A DNA stretch of 57,877 nucleotides from Ginglymostoma cirratum (Eukaryota), in assembly GCA_024137785.1 (NCBI GenBank), contig JAHRHZ010000028.1, positions 22,195,969-22,253,845 on the forward strand. Reading direction: 5' to 3'. This document shows positions 1-13,999 of this stretch, in pieces; position 1 is the stretch's first letter, and each line of letters starts with the position of its first letter. The position numbers and the translations under genes are program-made. Under the pieces are notes generated by a model, which was given only the letters and a program-made list of their open reading frames with translations, was not told the origin of the DNA and did not search any database.

Positions 1-471
1 CAGTTGGTACTGAAAATGTGGGCAAGGATCAACAATAAGGCAAAACTAAAACATTTGACCACAAACTTCCCTAGCAAATCCCTCAGTTAAAAATCAGATG
101 ACAGCTGAGTAGACAGGCAGGTGGTTAGTTAAATGAGTAGCCTGCCTCGCCTGTGTAAGCTATTAAAACTTTGATACAAATAAACCCATAACTGACCCAC
201 CCTCATTTCTCTGAAGCTTGATAGGCTGAAAGAACCGATTTCCCCCAGACAAGTATCTTTTGTAGGAATTGCATAACAAGATACTTTCCAAAAATATGCC
301 CTGTGACACTAAACCAGTCAAGAGAAACTACCAAAGTATCATTTTCCCAACTTTGCTTTTGACTCACTTGAGGTTACTTTGATTGACCAAATGATCTTAA
401 TCCTTGGATCAAATAATAGAGCAGATAGGTCATGACAGGAAGAAAAATTAAAATTGCGTTGTTTTAAAATA

Positions 472-537
472 AAAAGACTGGAGAAAATTATACTAAGTGA
501 AAAATGGAAAAGACTGAGAAAATTATACTAAATGAAA
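472..537. repeat. Short tandem duplication (~35 bp x2)
   Basis: aaaagactg(g)agaaaattatactaa(g/a)tgaaa occurs twice in succession. Confidence 0.8.
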
Positions 538-974
538 TTTGAAGATACAATGGAATTGTCATGAGTTCTCTGTCCCCCCCAAGGTGTCCTTTTCGAACAC
601 AGCAAGCCATTTACTACATTGTGTATTTGTGTTATTCCTCCAGTAAAAGGGAAACTATCGATTGTGTGCCTTATCAGAGGCTACAGAACACACAACAATA
701 TCAACACACACACATATGATACATTAAAATACTAAATGTCTGATGGTCACAGCTCTTCTACAACATTATATTGGATATTTCAAGACATTTCTTAAGGCTT
801 GAGGGTGACTCAAAAAGTCTGAGAGATTAAGTCAATCAAATTTTTTTATTGGTCTTCAGGGTTTATGGAACACTTTAGAAGTCCAGGGATTTATTTCTCG
901 GGATATCGGACTGTAAAGCAGTAGAATGATGTCAAACTTAAATAAGACCCTGATCAGGCTGCCTTTTTTTTTGT

Positions 975-1260
975 GGAGGGGACATTCAATGAAAGCGGTT
1001 TGTCCTCACGGGCAGAAAAGTCCCATGGCACATTTTAAACAAGAGAAGGTCAATTAGCCCCAGGGTTCTGGCCAATATTTAACCCACGAACAATAACATA
1101 AAAACAGGTTATTATCTGCCCATTATCACATTTCTGTTTGTAGGCGTTTGCTTGATTGGCTGCAATGTAGGAAATATAGCAATGAATGGTCACTTTTGTA
1201 AAGTGCTTCAGCACATCCTGTATTTCTGAGAAGTACTATACAAGTAGATGTTTTTCTCAT
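975..1260 (+). mobile_element. Decayed Deu-domain SINE (SacSINE1/AmnSINE-like) with L2-type tail
   Basis: Contains cccatggcac...ctggccaatattt...aaaaacaggttatt..atctg..cattatcacatt.ctgtttgt and an L2-like tail (gtaaagtgctt...catcctg). Related copies lie at ~14000, ~39120 and ~39930. The family call is from recall. Confidence 0.55.
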
Positions 1261-1882
1261 GTTTCCTTCCTTTTAAGCAAGGAGTTCTGATCTTAGGACA
1301 ATAAATATTTTTAAAAAGTATTAACTATAATTAGGACTTTAGAAGAACTGAGAACTCAGTGGTTGGAAAGGACTGAGCAAGTATGGCCTTTTATCATTAA
1401 TGACACTAGACTCAGAGGAAGTCTAATGAAGGACTTTAAATTTTTAAATGAAATAGAAAAGGTAAATGTGTAGACAATGGCCTGCACTTTCATGTATAGT
1501 CAGGAAGATTCGAGTTGGTTACAGTTGTAGCTTTTGAATCACACACCCAATTCATGACTGTTTTGGCCAAGAATCTTTTGGTTTTCTTGCACAAGGTTCA
1601 GGTTTATAGTGCAACTTTGTCAACCAAGAAGCAGCATGGAAGGACTGCAACTAGAGGTAGGCAGGTAAGATTGACCATTTCAGTTCTTGAGAACACAGCT
1701 CTGAGCATCATTTACTGGCCTACTAAACCTCATTCCAAACCCATCTGTTGTGCCACCTCACCTATCCATACTTCTTGAATGTGTAGCAATTCAACAGAAC
1801 CCAGATTTAGTTCTGAACCAAGCATTCGTAATAATCAAAGCTATCAAGATAGCTGCTTGACACTGCAAAGAGTCTGAAATTG

Positions 1883-1964
1883 GGTTTAGGCCCGAAACGT
1901 CAAGTTTTCCTGCTCCTATGATGCTGCTTGACCTGCTGTGTTCATCCAGCCCCATGCTTGTTAT
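1883..1964 (+). mobile_element. Penelope-type pLTR fragment, family A, with TSD
   Basis: ggtttaggcccgaaacgtc...tgctgcttgacctgctgtgttcatccagc, flanked by the direct repeat gtctgaaattg (1872-1882 and 1965-1975). Confidence 0.75.
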
Positions 1965-2699
1965 GTCTGAAATTGAAACTTTTTTTCCAATTTCGTAACA
2001 GATTATCTGTCAGTGAATGAGGCATTTAGATTTTCTTTTCAACTTTCAGAAGAAGGCAATTTTGTTCCTAAGAAAAAGCTGGTTGAATATTTATATTCAA
2101 GCATCAAACATAGAATAGGAAAGTGTATCAACATGCTTTCCCTCATTTTGAATGCATTGTAGCATTTTCTCCAATGGCAAAAGTACAATGCCTGGTAAGG
2201 TAAAGGACAATTTATCTTTGCAGGATAGAGACTTTGATGAATCACTGCATTAAAGGCACATGTACATTACAACGCAGTAACTAACAGTGACATTTAAAAG
2301 TGTCAAAACATTTCACACTTGGTTATCAGAATGTTTTAGACACCTCAGCAGGCTTTCATCAGGGGCCACAAACTTTCTAATGAAGTATGCAATTTAAGGG
2401 CTTGCAAAACCCACACCAGCATACGAAAATTGTGGTGCATGAGGAAATATAATTTTCCTGTGGCCCTCACAAAGGGGACTCTGATCTCAGAAGAGCTGAG
2501 AGTATGTTTTACATCCAATGCCTTTCTAACCATAAAAGTACCATAAAAATGCCTGATTAGGAAGACAGAGAAAAGTGCATTAATATCTTCAGAGCAAATT
2601 TTGACCCCCATGAGATGAAGGAAAACTGGCCCACTGTTTCCACTTGAGAGAAAATTCAAAACGAGGAACCAGAAATATAAAGCAAGATATGAATATAAA

Positions 2700-2910
2700 T
2701 CTAATTGGGAAGACAGAAGAAAGATCTTCACTCAGAGTATATCGAATGTGGATCTCAGACCAAAGGGAAGTAGCTTGGATGCTAAACCTTGAGAAAGGGA
2801 AATAGAACAGACTCTGAAAGACTGAAATGAGGCATTGGAGGTGCCTCACATGGTGAATACATAGCATGGGCTAATTGGACTGAATGGCCTTTTTCTACAG
2901 TATAATCCTA
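2700..2910 (+). mobile_element. CR1 LINE 3' end fragment (old)
   Basis: tcttcactcagag...atgtgga and the tail ggactgaatggcct resemble other CR1 3' ends in the window. Confidence 0.5.
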
Positions 2911-4098
2911 TTCCACGCATTTAACGTCTATTTTAGGTTTAAGGTTTCCTATCTTTGCACTTGTGTGGTAGGACAGATATCCCTCTCAACTGGACAGCAC
3001 TCAGCTCCTTTCTAATGACCAACTTGCCAAACATTTGTTGTGCCTTGCAAAGACTTCTTTTTACAAAAATGTTAGAACACTGATCACTTTTAAGCACACA
3101 AATTCTTACATATGCATGTCTGAACATTTGAACTTTCAGTGTTAGTCTACGGTCAGCCTTTTGCTGAAAGGTAAAATGTGCAAAGTTTTTGCACTACCCA
3201 AACTTAATTGGAGATGCTGATATCGGGTATTGGCACAGTTGAAGTTTAGATCCTCAATTTCATTAAAAAATGAGTTGTGACACAGATAAGTTTCAAAACA
3301 GCTCAAGACATTCCCTCCTTTAAAGGGTAAGGAGGTAAAATTACCCAAAGCATTGGATCCAACTCATGCACAGACACCAAGTCTACCAGCACTGTGTATT
3401 AGTTTACCCAGCTGAAAATTTCATTGAGTGCAAACTAGCAGTTTAATAGCTAAAGTGCCGTATCATTATTATTGCATATGCATTCTGACAGTATTGGGGA
3501 AGTGGTACTTTAAATTTTTGATTCACAAGCCCTTTGCAATCATCTGTCCTCATCTTCCCCAGATCCTTCTTTGCATCCTGTCATGCCCTGGAATTTCATC
3601 ATTGTTCTGAGTTATCTAAAATTTCCTTTTCCCTTGGTCACAACAATACTTACCTTGCTCTTAACCATTTGAAGAGTCACCTCTTCTCTGTTGTAAAGAT
3701 CAGTGCAAAATACAAATATCTGCATTACTTATTGATATTAATCATTTATATTTTGAGAATTGTCCCACCTTAATTATAGCAATCGCTTTTCAATGATAGG
3801 AATTACTTTATTATTGTCATTAATGATTGCTAACATTCTCTCAGTATCTTTTAGCCTTCATCATTGTGCACTCTGATTGATCTTATTTTCTCAAATTTCA
3901 TGATTACTCGTCCAGTTATTCTTCTCTGGTTACTCGTACAAACCCGTTAGCACTTTCGTAAAAAACATCTTCCACATCACGATCTATGACCCGATTGAGA
4001 GAGAACTGAATGACTAACTGCAGCAAGACTCCCGAAACTCCATTCTCAGGGGTTATGTTGCAACAGTTTCACTACAAATGGCCATAAGGTTATGCTTA

Positions 4099-4377
<279 letters not shown>

Positions 4378-6343
4378 TTACAGTTCACATACAAAGAATT
4401 TTATACTATAAACTATGGTGTTTATTCATAAACTTGGAAGAGGTAAATATTGCATAATATAAAAATGACAGTACTTGAATACTAGCAAAGTAAACACTTT
4501 CACTTATGGCAAGGTGAATGCCGAGCAAAATTAGCGAAGCTCTCAAATATGCCCCCACCCAGAGACACTTGGCAAGGACTTTCAAAACCATTCAAAAACA
4601 ATCACACCGACATGAACAGAATAGAACAGAGTAGCTACAGGAATTGATAACCACAGAAGATACATTTTATTTCCAACAATCTGATATTAATGGCCCTAGA
4701 AAGAAAAAGTCACAATTGTGTACTGCCTAACTACGGAAATCAGAAGCTTAAAGAAGAAAAATAAACTTTTTTTTAAAAATAAAGGTACTCCAACAGGTGT
4801 GTGTTCTGCAGAGTGGGCTGTTCCTTCCTAGTGCTTACTGTCAATATCAAACTCTGTCAGACTAAGTACAGCATAGCTAGGGCACAGAAAAGCACCATCT
4901 TCTGTACCCCCAGAAAAATGGTTCAGACTAAGTGTGTTTCATTTCCCACACCTGTCATCCCTTGGTCTTTGAGTTCATACCAACCTTGTTTTGTACTATA
5001 CGCTGTGCATAATAGCAACAGATTTCATGTCAGACGGAAATCACTGGAGGAAGCTCAATATTTCAAGAGGTGAACATCATGTCTTACTGACTCCACTGCC
5101 TGGAGCTTTCTCTTAAATGGAATTTTGTTTCAGTCCTGTCAACTAAAAGACCTAAACTTGAAACTCCAAGTGACAAATACAAAAGCTCCATTCAGCCTTC
5201 CATCCATCCCAGAACTCTTTGTGAGCTGTTTCTCCATTATACCAGTTAGCCTCCATATCAGCCTATTGCAAAATGAATGCGCTCCTCCCTGCGCCTTTGC
5301 ATAATCAAATGATAGCACTGTCAGGGAGTATGAAAGACCGCCTAGCTACTGGGATCTTTCATTCTTTAAATGGAGGCCATCCCATTCAATACATTCACAG
5401 TTTACCGCTCCTCAGTTATTTGATAGAGGATGGATGCCATAAAGTCAAAGTCAAATTAAAATTAAAATTAAAATTAATAACTGCTATGCCAGAGGAACTG
5501 CACAATATCAAGTCAACAATGCTAACACCTCAAATGGATGTCAGCAATGGATGTGTTTCCATTTCTTGATAAATCCAATTTACTGGGGGAGCTCCTCTGC
5601 TCACCGAATTGTAGCAATTCAATCAAGTAGGCAGTCTACTCCAAACGATGGAACACATTGACATTTGAACTCCCTAAATTGAAGTAATATTAATTACTAA
5701 TGCATTTATTACCATTAAGATTGCAGGCAAATATTGACATTGAAGAATTACTCATACTGAAAATGGATAAGAACAGAAATAAGTGTTTCACAATTTTTGA
5801 CTTCCTGCGAATTTAGTCAGAAACAAGGACAATTTGTACAGTACTTAAACTTGGACACAGAAACTAAAAGAACAAGATTTCTTCATCCGAATGGGTTTTC
5901 AATATTATTCAGTACTACAAAATTAGTTAAGCAGTGAGAACATGAAACCACCCAACTTTCTTTCTAAGATGAACACTAGTTGACTGGTAAAGCCATTGGA
6001 TTTAACTGTTCAGAATGTTAAAGTTGCAGCTGGGAAAAGAAGAACAGAAAAGCAAAAACGTCCAATTGATAGAGTTTTAAACAAACTATTTTTCTGGAAT
6101 TAATGGAGAACGCAATTATGCAAAGCCCTTGCTAAAATGAGTCTAGATCCTACACACATCTATAAGACAACAAAACAATTTTTTTTTAACTATACAAGCA
6201 GTCAGTACACACATACAGGTGATATGTGCTTCTGATTCCACAAATGCAATAGGAAACGGTCAAGTTTGTGGCTTGCTGGCTGAGAGATAGATGGTTCACC
6301 ATATTCAAGTCATTGCTCAGACTGCTCTTTACCCGCACACTTA

Positions 6344-6487
<144 letters not shown>

Positions 6488-6584
6488 TTATAAATCTGGC
6501 CTTCATGACCATAATTGTTTGCTAAGAGGATAGGAAAGAGAGCTGGACTTTGGGGACCTGCAAGGAGTAGATGCACATTTGTCA

Positions 6585-6790
6585 TTTTGGACATACCATC
6601 CTGACTTGGAAATATGTTGCCATTCCTTCAATGTCACTTGGCCAAAATCCTGGAGCTCTCAACCTAACAATATTGGGGGTGTGCCTTTACCTTGGGCCTC
6701 AATGACTCAAGAAGGTAGCCTACTACTACTTCTTAAGGGCAATTAGAGATTGGAAATCAATATTGGTCCTGCCAGTCACATCTCATAGAT
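6585..6790 (+). mobile_element. CR1-clade LINE 3' end whose tail is shared with the tRNA-SINE family
   Basis: caccatcctgacttggaaatatgttgccattccttca...caaaatcctgga...ttaagggcaattagagat, homologous to 36040-36240. Confidence 0.6.
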
Positions 6791-7013
6791 CAGTTTTTGA
6801 ACTATTTAGAAGGATACAATTCTCCCAGCTTGAATCTGTGTTTACAAAAAAAGCTGAGCACATGGAAGTCCCTGGCTATAGAAGGCAAAGTAAAAGCAGT
6901 GGATATCACCAGTCGTAAAAATAAGAATGACAGAGTCAGCTCTGCCTCATTACAGAGGGTTGAGACTGATTGTAGCCTAGTGGAGAGCCAGCAAGAACTC
7001 AGTGGGCCAATTA

Positions 7014-7223
<210 letters not shown>

Positions 7224-7318
7224 TCAACAATGACAATAGAAATTGAATCATCAGTCAAAATAGTGCTAAGGCAATGTTAGTAACATTTATGTTGACACCT
7301 CTACATGTAACATAAATG

Positions 7319-7930
7319 CACCATAGAAAGCACTGTATCTGGTTGCATCACAGCTTGGTATGGTAGCGGCTGTGCCCAAGAGTGCAAGAAATTACAGAGT
7401 TGTGAACTCAGCCCAGTTCATCACGTAAACCAGCCTTCCATCCACTGACTCTGTCTATACTTCCTGCTGCCTCAGTAATCAGCCAACATAATCAAAGAAA
7501 AACCAAAAGAACTGCAGATGCTGTAAATCAGAAACAAAAACAGAAGCTGCTGGAAAAGCTCAGTAGGTCTGGCAGCATCTGTGAAGCGAAATCAGAGTTA
7601 ACGATTCGGGTTCAATGATCCGAGGAAGATTCACTGGACTTGGAACACCAAAGACTTCTCCCACCCCAGTAATACTCTCTTCTAACCTCTTCAATCAGAC
7701 AGAAGATATAAAAGTTTGAAAACACACACCACAGATTCAGGAATAGTTTCTACCCCGCTGCTATCAGACTTTTGAATGGACTTCTCATATTAGAGTTGAT
7801 CTTTCTCTGCACATTATATTCTGCATTCTGTTCTATTACCCGGTTGTATTTCTGTAATGTACGATTTGCCTGGATACCATGCAAAAACAATAATTTTCAC
7901 TGTATCTTGGTACATTTGACAATAACTCAA
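7319..7930 (+). mobile_element. Rex1/Babar-type LINE 3' portion, interrupted by a Penelope-type insert
   Basis: Decayed frames read TIESTVSGCITAWYGSGCAQECKKLQ...NIIKD..HP...RRYKSLKT...FRNSFYPAAIRLLNG, typical of the Rex1 RT C-terminus. Confidence 0.75.
7499..7648 (-). mobile_element. Penelope-type pLTR fragment, family B, inside Rex1
   Basis: gaactgcagatgctgtaaatcag...gctggaaaagctcagtaggtctggcagcatctgtgaag...gagttaacg, with short direct repeat caaaga (7493-7498 and 7649-7654). Confidence 0.7.
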
Positions 7931-7941
7931 ATGAAATCAAA

Positions 7942-8157
7942 AACGAAGTTGCTGGAAAAGCTCAGCAGGGCTGGCCGCTTCTGTGAAGGTGTAAACAGAG
8001 TTAACGTTTCGGGTCCGGTGAGTTCTGAGGAAGGGTCACCGGACCTGAAATGTTAACTCTATTTTCAACTTCACAGATGCTGCCAGACCTGCTGAGCTTT
8101 TCCAGCAACTTTGTTTTTGTTCCTGATCTACAGCACCCGCAGTTCTTTTGCTTTTTA
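7942..8157. mobile_element. Family B Penelope-type inverted pair (hairpin) with 15-bp TSD
   Basis: The left arm gttgctggaaaagctcagcag...gagttaacgtttcgggtccggtg is mirrored by caccggacctgaaatgttaactc...ctgctgagcttttccagcaac. TSD tcaaatgaaatcaaa at 7927-7941 and 8158-8172. Confidence 0.85.
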
Positions 8158-9769
8158 TCAAATGAAATCAAAGCTTTCCACGAACAAATGTATGAACCCA
8201 CACAGAATTTTAAAAAAGTCAATTAGCAAAGGAATTTGATAAAAATATCTGTTTAATAAGGAATGCATATTGAGATTTCAATAGGATGGTAGCAAGATTT
8301 GAAGGATCTAGCGTGACTAGAAAAATCCACAGCTCAGTATTATTAATTTTTTCTCCAGCTTAGAAAGACATTAAATTTATTCAAGGATATCTTTATGTTT
8401 TATCTACCTGGCATTCACTGATAGATGTTGTAGTAGCAGGACATTGAGCAGCATCAGACTTCAGTTAAACTGACTTGTGCATATTTAGAGTTTTAAATGT
8501 TGTGAATGAAAAGTAGTTCAAAGTGCAAGCTGATAACAGGTCAACAGCATGTAAGACCTAAGTGAATACAGCAAAGATGTATGTAACCAGTAAACCAACC
8601 ACAATGAAGAATGATGAAATAAAAGGTGTGTAAAACCGTCAGGATGAAGTTAATAACAATCTAGGTCAAGAACAAGCAAGGAAAAGAAAGAGGAGGTTGA
8701 GAGAAAATATTGTGCGTGTGGGTGGTAGTCCCTCAAAATCAGGACAATGCACATAGATGACATGAAAGTGGGTGTGAAATCTTTTTAGTGGGAGGCTCTT
8801 GCACTGCAGCTACGACAGGAATCAGCTGACCAAGAAACTCTCCTGCCCTTACTTCCTGCCACAAGCATCTTGGAAGGTTTCACAGATTGAAATTCAACAC
8901 GGTTGGCCAAGATCTTAAACACCTTCCACGACCATCAAGTCCCAAAGTGGGAACCGATCCTGGAGCTCTGGCCCAGAGGTACAAATATTACCATTAAGCC
9001 ACAAGATCTCCTAAAGCTAAAAGGCTTGAATTGAAAAGTAATAAAAATATTAAGTTTAAGTGCAAACATTTAAAGCAAATTCAAACAGCTGAATGAAGGA
9101 TACTCATTTTCATTCATTTTCAAAGCTAGTGAGTTTGGTTGGCAATAGTTAACATTCATCATTAATGGGCACCTACACTGGAAATGTCCAATACTTCATA
9201 TTTAAGCTATCTCTTTCAAGCAAATGCAATAACTTTATGCCGTTGAATAGACTTCAATGGAAAAGCAGGCACTGAAGTACCAGTTTCACAAGGCTGACCC
9301 CATCGCAGCAAAGACAGAACCACTTGTCTGAAGTTGCTGCACCATTTGCACCTAAATAATCAGTGAATCATTAATTTTGCCATTAAATTGACAGCAAATT
9401 ATGGTCCTGTAAGCATTTAATATCTGACATTGGAGTGAAAAGCTTTAGAAGTCAGTGACATACAACAGTGCTACCACATAAACTTTTAAATCTAATTCAT
9501 TGTTGCTGCATTTCTGTTCAAAAGTGGTCAAAATCACTTTCACTTGTTTTGTAAAAAGTACACTTCATTATTCAGATACACAGATTAAATGATCAAGGTA
9601 TACAGTAAAACCTAAGCCTCTGAAGGACTAAAGCAATATTCATCGTTTAGGGACTGAAAGATATGTTTTATAACAAAACCTTTTAACTCTGCTGTACCCA
9701 GGTGACTAAATCATGGGCCAATTGTACAGGCTGCAGTAACCTCTCCACACCTCCCCAATAGCGTCAATC

Positions 9770-10500
9770 TTCCTTTGGTATTGAGGAGGACATTAGTGTC
9801 CTTGTACATGAATCACAGAAAGAAAACAAGCAGAGGCAGCAAGCAATTATGAAACAAATAGTATTTTAGTCTTCATTACAAAGACATTAAAGTATAAGAG
9901 TGAAGAGGTCTTACGGAAACTGTATAGGGCCTTGATCAGATAACACCTAGACCACGGTGTACAGTTTTGGTCTCCTTGCATAAAAGGGGGATATAATAGT
10001 CGTGGAAGCCTGCAACAAAGAATAATTGTGCTCATTCCTAGGATTCCTTGCCAAATTGAAAATGGAAAGATTGACTATGGTGGAACTATATTCCCTAGAA
10101 TTTATCAGAAGGAGAAGAAACCCAGAGTTCCTAAATAATTTGATTGGATAGATAGTACAGAAGAAGTGTTTCGTGTTGCTAGAGAATCCAGAAGTAGATG
10201 TCACAAGTCTGAGACTAACAGATGGGCCATTTAGGATTAAGATGATTGGAAATTTCTTCACTAAAACATGTTTGGATTTTGGAATTCTCTACTCCAGAGG
10301 GCTATGTATATTCAGTTGATAAATATATTCAAGACAAATTGATGGATTTTTGGATACTTTGGGATCTACGAGGCATGAGGATAGTGCAGAAAGGTAGAGT
10401 TGAGTAAAACAGTCAACCAGATTGCAAATGGTAAATCATGCTTAGATGACAAAACAACTTATTATTGATTCCTTCTTAAATCTTGTGTTTCTTCTTGAAC
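9770..10500 (+). mobile_element. CR1 LINE ORF2 3' portion (decayed)
   Basis: Frames read KYKSEEVLRKLYRALIR*HLDHGVQFWSP, followed by a CR1 3' end (aaatttcttcact...ggaattctctactccagagggct). Confidence 0.75.
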
Positions 10501-11204
10501 TTAACATTTTCACAATTGGCAGGTTATTCTTTTTTCCGGACACAATCAATATCAAATCTACCCTGCTCTTGATATCCGCCCTGATATTCCTTTAGAAATC
10601 AGTAATTAGCCAATCCTATTATGAGCCTCTCAAGCCCAGGGATAGTGAACATGATTACAGTGGATCTGGATTCTGACTCATTAACTTAAAGACCATAATT
10701 AAAATTATGATTTTCAATATGACTACATACACCGGTTAAACTACATTTTAGTGTTGTACAAAATGCAAGGCAAGCTAAAAGGATGTTTCTTTCCTGTGTA
10801 GCCTGTAGACTGAATGTTCATTGTATTTAGTCATATCAAGGTGGTGCTCATTAACTGTGGAATCGCTTGTATCCTGAAAATGGTGGTTGTATGATGGATC
10901 TCACAGAGAGTCTGAGTGCTAAAGGAACATGTGTGTGTCACAGTCAGGAGCTATTGATTGCATTTCTTATTGAAAATAATAAAACTTATCACTCTTTCCA
11001 CCACATGACTGACCAGAAATCTCTCCCAGCCTTACCACTTTCCATTGCAAGTCTTGCAAAAATTTGCAGGTCGATAATCAAACTAGTTGTTTGTGTTATG
11101 AATGTGACTTCCTGGGTGGGTCTCAAACCTGGAGTTTCTTGCTGAGAATCAGGGGTGCTACCCATTGCATCAATCTATATAAACAGATGCAGACTTAAAT
11201 AGTG

Positions 11205-11429
11205 ATAGTGGGAACTGCCGATGCTGGAGAATCTGAGATAACAAGGTGTAGAGCTGGATGAACACAGAAGGCCAAGCAGCATCAGAGGAGCAGGAAAGCT
11301 GACATTGAGTTTGGACCCTTCTTCAGGCCCTTTTTTCTGAAGAAGGGTCCAGACCTGAAACGTCAGCTTTCCTGCTCCTCTGATGCTGCTTGACCTGCTG
11401 TGTTCATCCAGTTCTACACCTTGTTATCT
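11205..11429. mobile_element. Family A Penelope-type inverted pair (hairpin) with 15-bp TSD
   Basis: The arm gagataacaaggtgtagagctggatgaacacag...ccttcttcag is followed by its reverse complement ctgaagaagg...ctacaccttgttatctc. TSD cagacttaaatagtg at 11190-11204 and 11430-11444. Confidence 0.88.
11337..11364 (+). ncRNA. Putative minimal type I hammerhead ribozyme core (family A)
   Basis: CTGAAGA-A-GGGT(CCAG)ACCT-GAAA-CGTC: conserved core boxes, stem II and a GUC triplet. Stem I is weak. Confidence 0.55.
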
Positions 11430-12404
11430 CAGACTTAAATAGTGTTGTTTAGGTTCTCAGAGGAAAGAAACAGTGAAAAAAAATACCAAGTACTCGTTGG
11501 AAATTAAAGCCCTGGGTGTACTGGACCTCCATTTTGAAGAAAACAAGTATGTCTTATTCACCAATTTTACTGGCTTTTCTTTCTGGGTTAGGAGGTACGT
11601 GATTTATGTGCAAGTCGGTAAATAAATGTTAATAACGTCACGTAAAATATCACATAGGCTCCAGTTCTGTCCTTCAATTGGCTTCTAGAATAAAACAGAT
11701 CAGTGATGTCCTATACCATCACGATATAGCACTTTTCCTCAGTATAAAGTTTTTAAAATCTCAAATGCGACAAACACTGAAATTTCTGGGTCTCTTTATA
11801 AAAGCACAGTTTATCCTCTTCTCTTTTCAATTCCACCTTCTTTCCTTCCCTTATCTTAGGTAGCACAGTTTACGAGCAACTACCAGTAGGCCAGGCTTCT
11901 ATCTACAAGATAGAAGAGATAGTGCTATATCTACAGCACTATAGGGGAGGCTGACGAATGGGGATCATGGGAGAATTAGTGTAAAACACTGACTCATAGT
12001 CAAGCTTTTCTCAATGAGCTATGTGACAGATCTAATCAAGAGATGACAAGGCCAGGGGCAAGAATATCTAATAAAATAACTTAAAAAAGACAACGTCATG
12101 GGAATACCTGGATAGTTAGATAGAAAGATTTAACTAAAGCCAAGGGAGCTGGTCAGGTGGTCTTTTTGTAACCGTATAATGTGACTGTTCAAACATTGTA
12201 TTGGTAGAACCCTTATGGTCATTTGAGAGAAATGATCCCGACATGAAACATGTTTGGGTACCAAGGCAAGCTCTCATCCTAGCAAGCACAGCATCAGAAT
12301 TTTCTACCATTTTCTACTGAAGAGCTTAATTTGGCCCTGTGTCAAGTGAGTCAGTATGATTGAATACTTACTTCCTCTTCTTCAACTTGTTCTGATTTTA
12401 CCAT

Positions 12405-12750
12405 TCTCATCCTGATTTTCAAATTCCATCATTCCCTTGTTCCCCCAATCTCTGCAATCTGCTCGAAATCTACTATGTTCCGAGGTCTTGGCTTTTGCCC
12501 ATCCCTGGCCTCTTTTAATCGTGCTACCCACTGCGGTTGATCTTTCAGTGCTTCGGCCCCAAGTTCTGGAATTCCATCTCCAAACATATCTGCTTCCTCT
12601 TTCCTCCTTTAAAACACTCTTTAAAGCTACCTCGTTGTCTGAGCTTTTAGCCTGTATGCAAAAATTGCCCTATAAAGGCTGAGAGGCAAATTTTAGAGCT
12701 TTCCTGTGAAGCACCTTGGGACACCTTAATTTGTTAAACATGCTGAAGAT
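12405..12750 (+). mobile_element. L2 LINE 3' end (decayed)
   Basis: ctcatcctgattttcaaattcc...ctggaattcc...cctcctttaaaacactctttaaagctacctc...ctgtgaagcaccttggga resembles the L2 ORF2 end and tail. Confidence 0.6.
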
Positions 12751-13999
12751 TGCAGGTGATAGCTGTGGAACATCACCAAGCCCACAATATATCTCTCAGC
12801 AAAAATCCTCATCTGCAAGACTGTTTTGGAAGCTCAATGGCTCCAACGTTGATTCCTATTTCCCACTGGCACAGTCTAGGACACTAGACCAGCATGAGAC
12901 TATGGCTTCAAAGCTGATCAATGTAATATTTGAGTGTATTCTGGTGTTGAAAACGTTTCTTCAGTTAAATTGCGTTAAATGTTCAAGGTCCTGCATTACT
13001 TCTCAGTACTAAATTATACCAGGAAAGGTTATTGAGACTACAAATGGAGCTTCACTGTCACACATTGAACTCTAACAGACTGATTGATTTAGTGAACAGC
13101 GTGTCAGCAGAAAACCACACCAGAAGTAGCAACATGTTGTGTGGAAGGAAGCAGAAAGCAAAAAGCAATCAATCCAAATTCAGCCAATTATCACAAGCTG
13201 CAAACCTTTTGAACACTGCAGAATGCAAAGGGTTAAAAGCATGTTTATGATTGGTATCCTGCAAACTAGCAATCTGAATCGTTAAATAGAAAGCACATTT
13301 GTTGCACTGCTATTCTAGCAAGCAAGCATCTTCTTTCACACCTCCAACATTGCAGCAAGTGTGTGTGTGCGGGCAGTGTGGTTTTCCGTGCCGTACATTT
13401 CAGGGGAGTCATTTATCATCTGATTGGCAACTTTATTTTTCCTCCTTCCACTCACTCTGCACGTGGCACTGCCTGGCCAAGTAACAGTCACGTTTATTGA
13501 CAAACAGTGGAATACCATAGCATGACAATGAAAACAAAAACATTGGGCAATACTACTGTTGTCACTTATGGAGAAGTTGTCTGTGATGCATCAGCATAGC
13601 ATGCAGATTTAGCGATGACAAGTGTAATGGCTGGTAGCAACTATTTCAAAACACTGACGCAGATGCCTATATAATTAATGAAAGCACACGCAGAACAGTT
13701 GTGTTTTAAACACTATAATGCTACTGCACCTTTCCTACAATTGCAACTACCTTTCACAACCTCATTAACACGAGAAATTAACTTTCACTTCGGTGATAAT
13801 AGATGTCAGGTTGCTGAGTTGTCAGTACCTGCTGAAAATTCCTAGTGCCAACAACCAACAAAAAAATGACTTGCATTTATACAGTATTTTTCAAACCATC
13901 AGTCTTCTCAAACTGCCTTACAGCCAATAAAACTGTTTTTACGAGCATTCTCATTGTTGTAGTGTAGAAAATATGGGAGCTCACAAATAATAATGTGAA

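Noticed and set aside
5030-5700. Possible L1/Tx1 or other coding remnant around ORF 5273-5569
   Set aside because: No convincing motif was found; the KVKVKLKLKLK stretch comes from a short hexamer tandem repeat (~5441-5477).
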